A stretch of DNA of 64,000 bases, taken from contig DAOULV010000003.1 of the NCBI GenBank assembly GCA_034416335.1, positions 45,617 through 109,616 of the forward strand, read 5' to 3'. The DNA is from Dehalococcoidales bacterium. GTDB lineage: Bacteria; Chloroflexota; Dehalococcoidia; Dehalococcoidales; UBA2162. This document shows positions 46,042 through 55,890 of the stretch, one piece after another. Below the pieces are notes generated by a model. The model ran no database searches, was not told the DNA's origin, and worked only from the letters and a program-made list of their open reading frames with translations. Made by a program: the position numbers and the translations under genes. Every line of letters begins with the position of its first letter. Position 1 is the stretch's first letter.

Positions 46042-47387
46042 TTCGAGTGAGAGTCCAAGAAACATATAGAGAACGATTGGAACGTGTTGTTCTGGCTCCG
46101 ATATCCAGCTCAAGTCGCAATTATAAACTCTTCCTGTTATTTCTTGTCGCTGTAGTATGTTGGGGCCTGTATGCACTGATAGTACAGCTCAATTTTGGCC
46201 TGATGGTCACCGGAATGCGTGATGACGTTTTCTGGGGTTTATATCTGGTTAACTTCGTTTTTTTCATTGGTATCAGTCATGCCGGGACGTTGATATCGGC
46301 GATTTTGCGGGTTACTCATGCAGGATGGAGAACACCGGTAACCCGTATGGCCGAAATGATTACGGTAGTAGCCATTTCGATAGGTGCTTTGATGCCGATA
46401 ATCGATATCGGTCGACCTGACAGAGTCTGGCACATGCTGGCATTCGGTCGCTTTCAGTCGCCGCTGATGTGGGATATATTCTCCATAACTTCTTACCTTA
46501 CCGGAAGCTTAATTTACTTCTATCTTCCGCTTATTCCCGATTTTGCCAGGATGAGGGACCGGAGTGATAGATATTCGACGTCATTCAGGCAAAAAGTATA
46601 TTCAGTGCTATCCATGGGGTGGAAAGATACACCCGAACAACGCCGGCGACTTGAAAAAGGTATCAATATAATGGCGATTATCATTATACCGATAGCTGTT
46701 TCCGTACATACCGTTGTTGCCTTCGTGTTTTCCATGAACCTGAGACCCGGCTGGGACAGTACGATATTCGGTATTTATTTCGTTATCGGAGCAATTTTCT
46801 CCGGTATTGCAACTATCATTATAGTTATGGCTATCTTCAGGAAATTTTTCCACTTCGAGGAATATATCACTGAAAAACACTTTAAATATCTTGGCTATTT
46901 ACTTCTGACATCTCTGGTATTTTATCTGTACCTGACCATAAGTGAATATCTGACCATCGGGTATAAGCTACAGGTTGAAGAAAAGCATCTGCTCGAGATA
47001 CTTGTTTTCGGCCAGAATGCTCCCTGGTTCTGGACATTCCTTATAGGAGGAATGATAATCCCTGCTGTACTGATTGTCTTTCAAAAGCTGCCTACCGTCC
47101 GCAGGCTGGTAATAGCTGCAGTGCTGATAAATATCGGTATGTGGGTTAAAAGATTCATAATCGTTATTCCGACCCTCCAGGTACCGCTTATGCCGTACGA
47201 TTTCGGCAGCTACACGCCGACATGGGTGGAATGGTCCATAACCGCGGCTGCATTCGCCGCCTTTATCCTCATAATGGCAATCGGCGGTAAAATACTGCCC
47301 ATGATTTCAATGTGGGAGGTTGCGGAAGAAGCTGAAACAGAAACACAAGCGCTCCCTGATATAGCCGCAGAGAGGAATGTAAGATAA
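46023..47387 (+). CDS. NrfD/PsrC-type polytopic quinone-interacting membrane subunit
   Basis: About 10 hydrophobic helices with NrfD-like spacing. The start is uncertain: GTG at 46023 overlaps the upstream gene, and GTG at 46047 is an alternative. Confidence 0.7.
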   Translation: MGREGIVRVRVQETYRERLERVVLAPISSSSRNYKLFLLFLVAVVCWGLYALIVQLNFGLMVTGMRDDVFWGLYLVNFVFFIGISHAGTLISAILRVTHAGWRTPVTRMAEMITVVAISIGALMPIIDIGRPDRVWHMLAFGRFQSPLMWDIFSITSYLTGSLIYFYLPLIPDFARMRDRSDRYSTSFRQKVYSVLSMGWKDTPEQRRRLEKGINIMAIIIIPIAVSVHTVVAFVFSMNLRPGWDSTIFGIYFVIGAIFSGIATIIIVMAIFRKFFHFEEYITEKHFKYLGYLLLTSLVFYLYLTISEYLTIGYKLQVEEKHLLEILVFGQNAPWFWTFLIGGMIIPAVLIVFQKLPTVRRLVIAAVLINIGMWVKRFIIVIPTLQVPLMPYDFGSYTPTWVEWSITAAAFAAFILIMAIGGKILPMISMWEVAEEAETETQALPDIAAERNVR

Positions 47388-48466
47388 TGAGAATTGCGCT
47401 GCGCGTATTATTAGCGGTTTTCTTCATTACGATAATAACTTTGCTGATATCATCTTCAACTGTAACAGCCCAGGAGGAACCTCCCGATCCATATAACGGA
47501 TTGATTAATCCATTCCAGTGGGATGATCCATCGGCACAGACTGCCGGTAAAGCGATTTATACTCAAAAATGTCAGGGATGCCACGGGATAAAGGGTAACA
47601 ATTTTTCCGATTCTGATTTTAGCTCGCCGGATTACCATGTTCTTCTGGAAACAAGACCAGATTATTATTACTGGGAATTAAGTGAAGGAATAAAAGCAAA
47701 AGGTATGCCGGGCTATGCCTCTATTCTTTCGGAAGAAGAACGATGGCAGGTGCTGACATATATATGGTCGCTGGAATCAGTCACCTTTCAGGAAACTGAA
47801 GGGCCGACGACCATTGAGGATGGTTTACTGAGACTCCATCTACCGGAAGACGGTACTGCCGGACAACCGATAACAATAAGCGCCACTCTCCTCGAAGATC
47901 AGAGAGACCCGGTTCAGGGCGAGCAGATTGAGTTTTATATCCGGGCTGATTTCTTCGCCAGCGGACTGATGGAAATCGGGAAAGTTTTCACGGATGAAAG
48001 AGGTATTGCTGAATTCAGTTATGTACCTAGACAATCCGGGGAGATAGACGTTATCGCCCGTTTTCAGAATCTGGAATCGAGGAAGACAATTACATTGGCT
48101 GCAGCAGGAGAGAGTTTTTACCATTCGGAAGTAGGAATAAAAGTCCCCGTACTTGGTGACGAAGTGTTAATCGGACCTCCCGAGCGTCTACAACTCGGGG
48201 CAGCCGGAGAAGCTCCACTGCCGGTGCTTCGTCTTCCCACAGGACACCTTGCCTGGTTGGCTCCTCTTGTATTCGCGGCAATGTGTATCTGGATAGTATA
48301 TTCGTACGTAGTATTTCAAATATTCAAGATTTCGGATACAGGAGTCGATGAGGAAATCAACACAAAGCGATTCTCGAGAACTTTACTGGTAGTGATATCT
48401 GTTCTGGGGTTTTTACTAATGGTTATGCTGTTACTCAGTCCGGAATCGAATCCTCAACTGTTCTAA
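47387..48466 (+). CDS. membrane-anchored mono-haem c-type cytochrome with an Ig-like middle domain
   Basis: CQGCHG haem-binding motif with a distal MPGY Met ligand region, an N-terminal signal/TM and C-terminal TM helices. ATGA-type overlap with the upstream gene. Confidence 0.7.
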   Translation: MRIALRVLLAVFFITIITLLISSSTVTAQEEPPDPYNGLINPFQWDDPSAQTAGKAIYTQKCQGCHGIKGNNFSDSDFSSPDYHVLLETRPDYYYWELSEGIKAKGMPGYASILSEEERWQVLTYIWSLESVTFQETEGPTTIEDGLLRLHLPEDGTAGQPITISATLLEDQRDPVQGEQIEFYIRADFFASGLMEIGKVFTDERGIAEFSYVPRQSGEIDVIARFQNLESRKTITLAAAGESFYHSEVGIKVPVLGDEVLIGPPERLQLGAAGEAPLPVLRLPTGHLAWLAPLVFAAMCIWIVYSYVVFQIFKISDTGVDEEINTKRFSRTLLVVISVLGFLLMVMLLLSPESNPQLF

Positions 48467-48540
48467 TAATCAGGGGTAGAAAACCGGAATCATTATCGGA
48501 TAAAGTAATAAGAAAGTAAAATGTAAAGACCGTATAGCAG

Positions 48541-48936
48541 ATGGAAAGTAAGGAATTTGCAAACATAAGATATATTCTAGGGAAAAGTCAGAAACAACTT
48601 GCCAAGATACTATGTGTATCGGTAAAGACTCTGCAAAGTTTTGAACAGGGATGGCGAAAAATTCCTGTATATATCGAAAGGGAAATGCTGCTTCTACTTT
48701 CCTTAAAAAGAAATGGCGGACAGATCAATATAGATATGCAGCCGTGCTGGGAAGTAACGGACTGTCCTCAAGAATGGCGTGAAAAATGTATAACCTGGGA
48801 ATTACGGACTACTTACTTCTGCTGGTATTTAAACGGAACTTATTGCCAGGGCGAATATAAGCAGACATGGGAAGAGAAGATATCACTATGCCGGCAGTGT
48901 AAGGTTTTTCAATCCTTGTTTCCAGCAAGTATTTGA
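48541..48936 (+). CDS. XRE-type HTH fused to a Cys/Trp-rich 'two-CW'-like domain
   Basis: N-terminus: ILGKSQKQLAKILCVSVKTLQSFEQG. C-terminus: PCWEVTDCPQEWREKCITWELRTTYFCWYLNGTYCQGEYKQTWEEKISLCRQCKVF (two CW motifs, 8 Cys). Confidence 0.6.
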   Translation: MESKEFANIRYILGKSQKQLAKILCVSVKTLQSFEQGWRKIPVYIEREMLLLLSLKRNGGQINIDMQPCWEVTDCPQEWREKCITWELRTTYFCWYLNGTYCQGEYKQTWEEKISLCRQCKVFQSLFPASI

Positions 48937-49153
48937 GACAGTTAATACCCTTCTGACTCCAGATATCCTGACCCAAGTAATACGTCTCATATCAGCCTGT
49001 ATCCTGATATTCCTCAATATCCGATTCACAATCTTTAATACTTCTTATATTCGCTAAGGCAAAACAATCGATGAACCAACTACTATCTCTTAATCAGATG
49101 CTAGATATTTACTTTTTCCGTTACGGGTATTGAAAAATATCTTGATATATGTT

Positions 49154-49187
49154 ATTGTTGATTATGTTGATAATAATACTCAACAAT
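49154..49187. promoter_or_regulatory. 8-bp inverted repeat ATTGTTGA-N18-TCAACAAT upstream of the Rrf2 gene (candidate operator)
   Basis: Perfect inverted arms at 49154..49161 and 49180..49187, 22 nt before the ATG at 49209. Confidence 0.4.
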
Positions 49188-49208
49188 TATTAGTTTGAGG
49201 TATTGACA

Positions 49209-49652
49209 ATGAGACTTTCAACAAAAGGGCGTTATGGCTCAAGAGCACTCCTGGAGATAGCTCTCCATGACAGAAATACGCCTGTCCAGCTTAAAGATAT
49301 ATCTGAAAACCAGCAAATTCCACTTCCCTATCTGGAGCAATTGATAAGACCTCTCGTTGCCGGCGGTTATGTTCGCAGTTCAACCGGTCCCAAAGGAGGA
49401 GTAACTCTTAATAAACATCCGTCCGATATTAAAATGCTGGATATTATCCAGTTGTACGAAGGTTCTGTTGCACTTGTCCCCTGTGTTGACAATCCTGATC
49501 TATGTGAACGTTCGGCAACGTGTGTCACCAGGGACCTCTGGAGTGAACTCAAAGACTCGATGAATGATGTTCTAAGTTCAAAAACTCTCCAGGACCTTAT
49601 AGAGCAGCAAAAAGAAAAAGATGAAGCTGAAGAAGCTATGTATTATATCTAG
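49209..49652 (+). CDS. Rrf2 family transcriptional regulator (paralog of 35219..35668)
   Basis: MRLSTKGRYGSRALLEIA...PLPYLEQLIRPLVAGGYVRSSTGPKGG...CVDNPDLCERSATCVTRDLW. Confidence 0.9.
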   Translation: MRLSTKGRYGSRALLEIALHDRNTPVQLKDISENQQIPLPYLEQLIRPLVAGGYVRSSTGPKGGVTLNKHPSDIKMLDIIQLYEGSVALVPCVDNPDLCERSATCVTRDLWSELKDSMNDVLSSKTLQDLIEQQKEKDEAEEAMYYI

Positions 49653-49702
49653 ACCACGCACGTATAACACTCACGCGATGTTTCAAAGGAGTAATAAAAT
49701 TA

Positions 49703-50713
49703 ATGTCTGACAGATATTCCAGACAGATAATTTTCACAGGAATCGGTGCCGAAGGACAGGCAAAGCTGAATGAGAGCAGTGCCGTAATAATCGGTTGTGG
49801 CGCACTCGGTACAGTTATTGCTACTGCTCTGGTACGAGCCGGTGTCGGGAAAATAAAAATCGTGGACAGGGATTTCATCGAGTATCACAACCTGCAGCGT
49901 CAGGTCATATTCGATGAGGAAGATATCAGAGAAGGTCTGCCTAAAGCAGTTGCCGCTGAACGATATCTCAGGAAAGTAAACTCAGAAATAGAAATCGAAG
50001 GAATTGTCAGTGACGTCAACTATTCCAATATTGAAAAACTGGTGGAAGGTGCCGATATTATCCTGGACGGACTCGATAATATGGAAACCCGATTGCTTAT
50101 CAATGACGTTTCTCTAAAACTGAATATCCCCTGGATATACGGCGGGGCTATCTCTTCATACGGGATGACGATGAATATTATCCCCGGTGAAACAGCCTGT
50201 TTTCGCTGTTTTCATACCGACCCGGCAGGTATCGGTATCGCAATGACCTGCGATACAGCCGGAGTAATCGGTACGGCGCCGTTTGTTATCGGATCGCTTC
50301 AGGCAACCGAAGCTATAAAAATACTTACAGGATCGGAAGAAACAAGTCATGAGTTAATTGCTGTCGATGTCTGGAAAACTGACTTTCATCGGTTCAGGAT
50401 CAGCCGTCGTGATGACTGCCCGGCCTGTAACGGCGAATATGAGTTTCTGAATGCTAAATTCGGAGTCAGGACTACTTCGCTTTGCGGTCAAAACTCGGTG
50501 CAGATACTCAATCCGAATGCCGGGAAAGTATCCCTGAATAAACTGGCAGATAACCTTAAACCACTCGGACAAGTCAGCTTTAACGACTATATGCTTCGTT
50601 TTAATATCAACGGTAATGAAATGGTTGTATTCCCTGACGGACGGGCGATAGTTAAAAATACCGATGACGAATCTTATGCCAGAGGTCTATACGCGAAATT
50701 TGTAGGAATGTAG
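49703..50713 (+). CDS. ThiF/MoeB/HesA-family E1-like adenylyltransferase with an extra C-terminal domain
   Basis: RYSRQIIF...VIIGCGALGT...VDRDFIEYHNLQRQ...CFRC...CPAC zinc motif. Confidence 0.85.
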   Translation: MSDRYSRQIIFTGIGAEGQAKLNESSAVIIGCGALGTVIATALVRAGVGKIKIVDRDFIEYHNLQRQVIFDEEDIREGLPKAVAAERYLRKVNSEIEIEGIVSDVNYSNIEKLVEGADIILDGLDNMETRLLINDVSLKLNIPWIYGGAISSYGMTMNIIPGETACFRCFHTDPAGIGIAMTCDTAGVIGTAPFVIGSLQATEAIKILTGSEETSHELIAVDVWKTDFHRFRISRRDDCPACNGEYEFLNAKFGVRTTSLCGQNSVQILNPNAGKVSLNKLADNLKPLGQVSFNDYMLRFNINGNEMVVFPDGRAIVKNTDDESYARGLYAKFVGM

Positions 50714-50723
50714 GCGGATGTAA

Positions 50724-51905
50724 ATGATATATCTCGATAATGCAGCAACAACGTGGCCTAAGCCGGAGAGCGTGTACAAGGCTATGGACATTTTCCTCAG
50801 GAACAGCGGCGGTAACCCGGGGCGTGGAGGGCACTCTATGGCTGAGGCTGCAAGTAAAGTCGTAGATGATACACGATTACTGTTATCTCGGTTCATCAAT
50901 GCAACCGAACCGAAGAGGGTAATATTTACGTTTAATTGCACGGATTCACTGAATACCGGCATCAAGGGCATACTCAAACCCGGCGACCACGTGATAACGA
51001 GCTCCATCGAGCATAATTCGGTAATCCGTCCGCTCGAAAAACTGCGTCATCAGGGAATAGAAGTTACCCGGATAAACCCAAATCCGGAGTATGGCTATGT
51101 TTTGCCCGGCGATATCGAAAAAACTATTAAAAACAATACCAGATTGATTATTATGACACATGCCTCAAATGTAAACGGCGTTGTCCAGCCTGCCGGAGAA
51201 TACGGTCGGATTGCCCGAAAACACAATCTTATATTCATGCTGGATGCCGCTCAAACCGCAGGCAAATTCCAGCTGGATGTCCAGAATGACAACATTGACA
51301 TACTTGCTTTTTCAGGGCACAAAGGTCTGTTTGGCCCACCCGGAACCGGCGGATTGTATATAGGCGAGAGAGTAGATTTGGACACGCTTCGTGAAGGAGG
51401 GACCGGTTCACAGTCCGAATCGGAAGAACAACCGTCTTTATTGCCCGGAAAATACGAGAGTGGTACTCATAACACGGTAGGGATTGCCGGGCTGGGAGAG
51501 GGGCTGAGATATATATCACAGGAAGGTATCGACAGGATACTCAAACATGAACTGCTGTTAACCGAAAAGTTAATAGACGGTTTATCCGAAATTTCCGGGA
51601 TTACGATATATGCAGCTCCAGATATATCGATACAATGTCCAGTGATTTCTTTCACGGTGGACGGCGTTGAACCCGGAGAAGTGGGCACAATACTTGACCA
51701 GGCTTTCGATATTAAAGCCAGAACCGGTCTGCATTGTGCTCCGGCAGCGCATAAAACACTCGGGACTCTTCCGCGGGGAACGATTCGTCTGAGTCCCGGT
51801 TACTTTAACACCATTGAAGAAATCGATGTAACACTTGAAGCTATAGAGCGAATAGCTTATACGGGAGGATTGATAACAACTGCCGGTGCAAAGCCGGTGA
51901 AGTAA
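50724..51905 (+). CDS. class V aminotransferase-fold cysteine desulfurase family protein
   Basis: [13 protein letters not shown]...[11 protein letters not shown]...[16 protein letters not shown] (PLP lysine)...ARTGLHCAP (active-site Cys loop). Confidence 0.85.
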   Translation: MIYLDNAATTWPKPESVYKAMDIFLRNSGGNPGRGGHSMAEAASKVVDDTRLLLSRFINATEPKRVIFTFNCTDSLNTGIKGILKPGDHVITSSIEHNSVIRPLEKLRHQGIEVTRINPNPEYGYVLPGDIEKTIKNNTRLIIMTHASNVNGVVQPAGEYGRIARKHNLIFMLDAAQTAGKFQLDVQNDNIDILAFSGHKGLFGPPGTGGLYIGERVDLDTLREGGTGSQSESEEQPSLLPGKYESGTHNTVGIAGLGEGLRYISQEGIDRILKHELLLTEKLIDGLSEISGITIYAAPDISIQCPVISFTVDGVEPGEVGTILDQAFDIKARTGLHCAPAAHKTLGTLPRGTIRLSPGYFNTIEEIDVTLEAIERIAYTGGLITTAGAKPVK

Positions 51906-51918
51906 AAGGAGGGTGGAT

Positions 51919-52923
51919 ATGGTCAAGAATAAAACCAGATTTGAAAAAATAGCTTACAGGACACTGGAATTACCGGTGCTAACCCGGGGTATAGCAAAAG
52001 ACTCTACGGAACTAATCGGTAATACCCCGCTGGTCAGGTTGAATCGTGTAGCTGAAGGAAAACCGGCAGATGTCGTCGTGAAACTGGAATCCTTCAATCC
52101 GCTTGGCAGTGTCAAGGACAGGATTGGAGTAGCGATGGTCGTTGACGCCGAAGAAAAGGGATTGATTAAAAAGGGTACGGTTATTGTCGAACCTACCAGC
52201 GGAAATACCGGTATAGCACTGGCATTTGTCTGTGCTGCCAGGGGCTACAAACTGATCCTTACCATGCCGGACACGATGTCCATGGAACGCCGGCAGCTCC
52301 TGTCCGTGCTTGGAGCCGAATTGGTATTGACACCAGGTGTCGAAGGAATGCCGGGAGCCGTAAAAGTGGCGGAAAAGCTGGTGGCTGAAAATAGTAATTA
52401 TGTTGTTTTGCAGCAATTCCAGAACCAGGCAAATCCTGAAATTCACAGCCTGACGACCGCCGATGAAATATGGCGTGATACGGAAGGACAGGTGGATATA
52501 CTTGTTTCCGGAGTAGGAACAGGCGGAACGATTACAGGAGTAGCCAGAGAACTGAAAAAGAGGAAGCCAGGATTTAAAGCGATAGCTGTCGAGCCGGTCA
52601 CTTCTCCCGTCCTTTCCGGAGGATCACCCGGTTCGCATAAAATCCAGGGAATCGGTGCTGGATTTATCCCGGATGTACTTCAGACTGATCTGATAGATGA
52701 AATAGTACAGGTAAGTAACGATGACGCAGGAGACATTGCCAGAAGACTGGCTCGTGAAGAGGGGATACTGGCAGGAATATCTTCAGGAGCAGCCGTGTGG
52801 GCAGCGCTTGAAGTTGCCGGAAGACCTGAGAATAAAGGAAAGCTGATAGTAGCAGTTCTACCCGATACGGGTGAGCGTTATCTGTCGACCTGGCTTTTCC
52901 AGGATCTTTATAAAGAGGAGTAG
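51919..52923 (+). CDS. cysK: cysteine synthase (CysK/CysM family, PLP-dependent)
   Basis: [10 protein letters not shown]...[14 protein letters not shown]...[12 protein letters not shown]...[10 protein letters not shown]...SSGAA. The ATG at 51919 follows AGGAGGG. I cannot separate CysK from CysM here. Confidence 0.85.
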   Translation: MVKNKTRFEKIAYRTLELPVLTRGIAKDSTELIGNTPLVRLNRVAEGKPADVVVKLESFNPLGSVKDRIGVAMVVDAEEKGLIKKGTVIVEPTSGNTGIALAFVCAARGYKLILTMPDTMSMERRQLLSVLGAELVLTPGVEGMPGAVKVAEKLVAENSNYVVLQQFQNQANPEIHSLTTADEIWRDTEGQVDILVSGVGTGGTITGVARELKKRKPGFKAIAVEPVTSPVLSGGSPGSHKIQGIGAGFIPDVLQTDLIDEIVQVSNDDAGDIARRLAREEGILAGISSGAAVWAALEVAGRPENKGKLIVAVLPDTGERYLSTWLFQDLYKEE

Positions 52924-52984
52924 TTAGCTTACAGATGGGTGAATGACATTTTCCCTGAATCGCCAGAAAGCTGGAAAACAAATA

Positions 52985-53710
52985 ATGTTAGAAATCATAA
53001 AAGAAGATATACAAACTATATTTAAAAAAGACCCTGCGGCAAGAAGTGTTATCGAGGTATTGTTTTGTTACCCCGGACTGCATGCCTTGAGGTTTCATCG
53101 CGTGTCTTCATTCCTCTGGCGACATAAATTACGCTTTATTGCGCGCCTTTTATCTCATATTGCCCGCTTCTTAACGGCGATTGAAATTCATCCCGGCGCG
53201 GTTATTGGCAGACGATTTTTTATCGATCACGGTTCCGGAGTGGTTATCGGAGAAACAGCAGAGGTCGGCAATGATGTACTGATGTACCAGGGAGTCGTCC
53301 TTGGAGGTACTTCCCTGAAAAAAGAAAAACGTCATCCGACTATAGGAAATAATGTCGTGATAGGCACGGGGGCTATAGTGCTGGGAGCCATTACCGTCGG
53401 TGATGACGCCAGGATAGGTGCCGGTTCGGTTGTAGTAAAATCCGTGCCACCCGGTACCACAGTCGTTGGTGTACCCGGAAAAGTGGTGGAAGACCAGCAT
53501 AAACAGATTATCGACCTTGAACATGGAAATCTTCCGGATCCCGTGGCACAGGCTATACGGATTGTATTAAATCAGCAGGAAAGATTTTCTGACAGGTTAA
53601 AGCGACTCGAAAGATCGAATGGACTGGAAATCTTCGAAGACGCATTTCAGGAAGAAAGTGACGCCAGGAAGGAATTGATCAGGGAATTCTCCGACGGTGG
53701 TGGAATCTAG
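52985..53710 (+). CDS. cysE: serine O-acetyltransferase
   Basis: [47 protein letters not shown], and hexapeptide repeats. The start is uncertain (52943 or 52985). Confidence 0.85.
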   Translation: MLEIIKEDIQTIFKKDPAARSVIEVLFCYPGLHALRFHRVSSFLWRHKLRFIARLLSHIARFLTAIEIHPGAVIGRRFFIDHGSGVVIGETAEVGNDVLMYQGVVLGGTSLKKEKRHPTIGNNVVIGTGAIVLGAITVGDDARIGAGSVVVKSVPPGTTVVGVPGKVVEDQHKQIIDLEHGNLPDPVAQAIRIVLNQQERFSDRLKRLERSNGLEIFEDAFQEESDARKELIREFSDGGGI

Positions 53711-53733
53711 AGAGGAAAGGTTATCAAACCCGG

Positions 53734-54018
53734 ATGAGTGTAAAAATAAACATTCCGTCATATCTTCAATATTTTACTGATAACGCCGAGGTTGTTGAAG
53801 TAAACGGCAGTTCGGTAAAAGAATGTCTGAGTATACTTTCAAAACGTTTCCCCGAACTGAAGAAGCTGCTTTTTAGTTCGGATGATGAACTGAGTAATAA
53901 TCCCTTAAATTACGTGGAAATATTTCTAAATGGAAAATCCGTTATGCACGATGAGATAACCGAAAAAGTGAAAGACGGCGACGAACTGGAGCTAACTTAC
54001 GTAGTTCTCGGAGGATAA
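53734..54018 (+). CDS. MoaD/ThiS-family sulfur-carrier protein ending in Gly-Gly
   Basis: 94 aa, ending ...ELELTYVVLGG directly before the stop. Confidence 0.75.
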   Translation: MSVKINIPSYLQYFTDNAEVVEVNGSSVKECLSILSKRFPELKKLLFSSDDELSNNPLNYVEIFLNGKSVMHDEITEKVKDGDELELTYVVLGG

Positions 54019-54126
54019 AAACAAGGAGTGGGTATATGAAGGTGGTGACATACTTATGGTTGATGTGGTGCCCGAAAGGGCTACTCCGTACATTAAATCA
54101 ATAATTAAAAATATGGAGGAAAACAC

Positions 54127-55326
54127 ATGGCTAAAAGTATAGCTGAAATAAACGAGAGAATTAAAAAAGGTGAAGCTGTAGTTGTAACTGCCGAAGAAAT
54201 CATCGATATCGTCGCGGAAAAAGGTATCGAGAAGACTGCAAAAGAAGTCGATGTTGTGACAACAGGGACATTCGGACCGATGTGCTCATCGGGAGCCTTC
54301 CTCAATATCGGTCACGGATTGCCGAGAATTAAACTCGGCGGGGGTAAAGTATACTTCAACGATGTGCCGGCATATGCCGGACTTGCGGCGGTGGATGTAT
54401 TTATTGGAGCAACCGCCGTTCCGGACGACGATCCCAGAAACAGGAACTATCCCGGAGATTTTGACTATGGCGGGGGTCACGTAATAGAAGACCTGGTAGC
54501 AGGAAAGGATATCCGCGTGACCGCAACGGCTTACGGGACGGACTGCTACCCCGGCAAGAGCCTCGATACTACTATAAACCTTGAAAGTATCAACGAAGCT
54601 GTCCTGTTCGATATCAGAAACGGTTACCAGAATTATAACGTTGCGGTAAACCTTTCCGATAAAAGAATACATACATATATGGGGGTCCTCAAACCTGAAC
54701 TGGGTAATGCTCATTATTGCAGCGCGGCTCAGCTTTCACCTCTGCTGAACGATCCCCATTACAAGGCTTTCGGCATAGGTACTAAAATATTCCTCGGAGG
54801 AGGTATCGGTTACGTCGCCTGGCAAGGTACGCAGCATAATCCGGGCGTTCCCCGCAGCGAAAACGGCGTTCCGAAACGCCCGGCCGGGACTTTATCCGTT
54901 ATCGGTGACCTGAAACAGATGAATCCTGAATGGCTGCGAGGGACAAGCATGTTAGGATACGGCACTACTATCACCGTCGGAATCGGCTTGCCGATTCCGG
55001 TACTGTCAGAAGAAGTCGTGAAGTATGCTTCGGTGAAAGATTCCGAAATATATGCTGCGATAGTAGACTATTCCGAGTCATACCCTAACCGGAAACCGGA
55101 CGTACTCGGTGAAGTCAACTACGAGGAACTGAAGAGCGGAACTATCGAAGTCCAGGGTAAAAAGGTTCCCACGACTTCATTATCAAGCTATTTTAAAGCG
55201 CAGCAGATAGCCGGAACTCTGAAAGAGTGGATACAGAAGGGAGATTTCCTGTTGACCGAACCGGTTGCATATCTTCCCGGTGCAGAATCCGGTATCGTTT
55301 TCAAGAATCTTCCCCAAAAAGTATAA
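54127..55326 (+). CDS. COG1900/DUF39 homocysteine-biosynthesis protein
   Basis: KSIAEINERIKKGEAVVVTAEE...VDVVTTGTFGPMCSSGAF...NYNVAVN...IFLGGGIGYVAWQGTQH match the COG1900a family, as I recall it from methanogen MA1821 homologs. Confidence 0.75.
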   Translation: MAKSIAEINERIKKGEAVVVTAEEIIDIVAEKGIEKTAKEVDVVTTGTFGPMCSSGAFLNIGHGLPRIKLGGGKVYFNDVPAYAGLAAVDVFIGATAVPDDDPRNRNYPGDFDYGGGHVIEDLVAGKDIRVTATAYGTDCYPGKSLDTTINLESINEAVLFDIRNGYQNYNVAVNLSDKRIHTYMGVLKPELGNAHYCSAAQLSPLLNDPHYKAFGIGTKIFLGGGIGYVAWQGTQHNPGVPRSENGVPKRPAGTLSVIGDLKQMNPEWLRGTSMLGYGTTITVGIGLPIPVLSEEVVKYASVKDSEIYAAIVDYSESYPNRKPDVLGEVNYEELKSGTIEVQGKKVPTTSLSSYFKAQQIAGTLKEWIQKGDFLLTEPVAYLPGAESGIVFKNLPQKV

Positions 55327-55363
55327 CTAAATTATCTTAATCGAAGAATTCGGTTAACATGAT

Positions 55364-55415
55364 AGGGGTAGTGTTTCATAAGGTGCATTTCCTGTAAACA
55401 CTACCCCTTCTTAAT
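55364..55415 (+). terminator. terminator-like long hairpin after the sulfur operon
   Basis: AGGGGTAGTGTTT-(19 nt)-AAACACTACCCCT followed by TCTTAAT. Confidence 0.6.
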
Positions 55416-55461
55416 ATTCGTTCAAACAAAATGAATTGTGGCACCATTCGGTTCGGTTATA

Positions 55462-55819
55462 ATTTTCAGTTCACCCCCACTGCCAAAGTCTCTCGCATGC
55501 CGAATCTTGTATGGCGGTCAGGCCTTCCTCCTCCTCAAAAAGTTGCCGAATTCAGCAGAAATATTTCGAATGTTTGATGGGCAAAATGTTTGAAAGAAGG
55601 GCTTCGTTCATAGTCATATGTCCCTCGCTGTTATCGCGATGTTCCGCCTTCTCCCATTAGTCCTTCGACAAGCTCAGGAAGAACACATCTCCGTCATTGC
55701 GAGGAGTCCGTCGAGGCGAACGATGTGGCAATCTCTATAATCGAGCCTGGGGATTGCTTCGTCTCGACTACGCCGATGACTCGCAATGACAACAAGACCA
55801 ACCAGATGCAAACAGAACC
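55462..55819 (+). repeat. dispersed structured repeat, copy B (about 358 bp; copy A plus internal insertions)
   Basis: Collinear with 12274..12557. It carries an extra 13 nt near the 5' end and roughly 60 nt more of internal sequence, including a CCTTCGACAAGCTCAGGAAG module. TTGACA lies 13 nt after its end (55833..55838). Confidence 0.85.
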
Positions 55820-55890
55820 AATTCCATTTCTATTGACAAATTTCGGTTGTTTCCTTTATCTTAATGAATATTCAATAAGGAAGTCCTTTC

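Noticed and set aside
54036-54104. 22-codon ORF (MKVVTYLWLMWCPKGLLRTLNQ) with AAGGAG 7 nt upstream, between the MoaD-like and COG1900 genes, overlapping a GNRA-capped hairpin; considered as a leader peptide or riboswitch
   Set aside because: It has no run of regulatory codons, and I could not match the region to any SAM or other riboswitch consensus by eye. It is too short to support without conservation data. It is worth a Rfam scan but is not reported as a feature.
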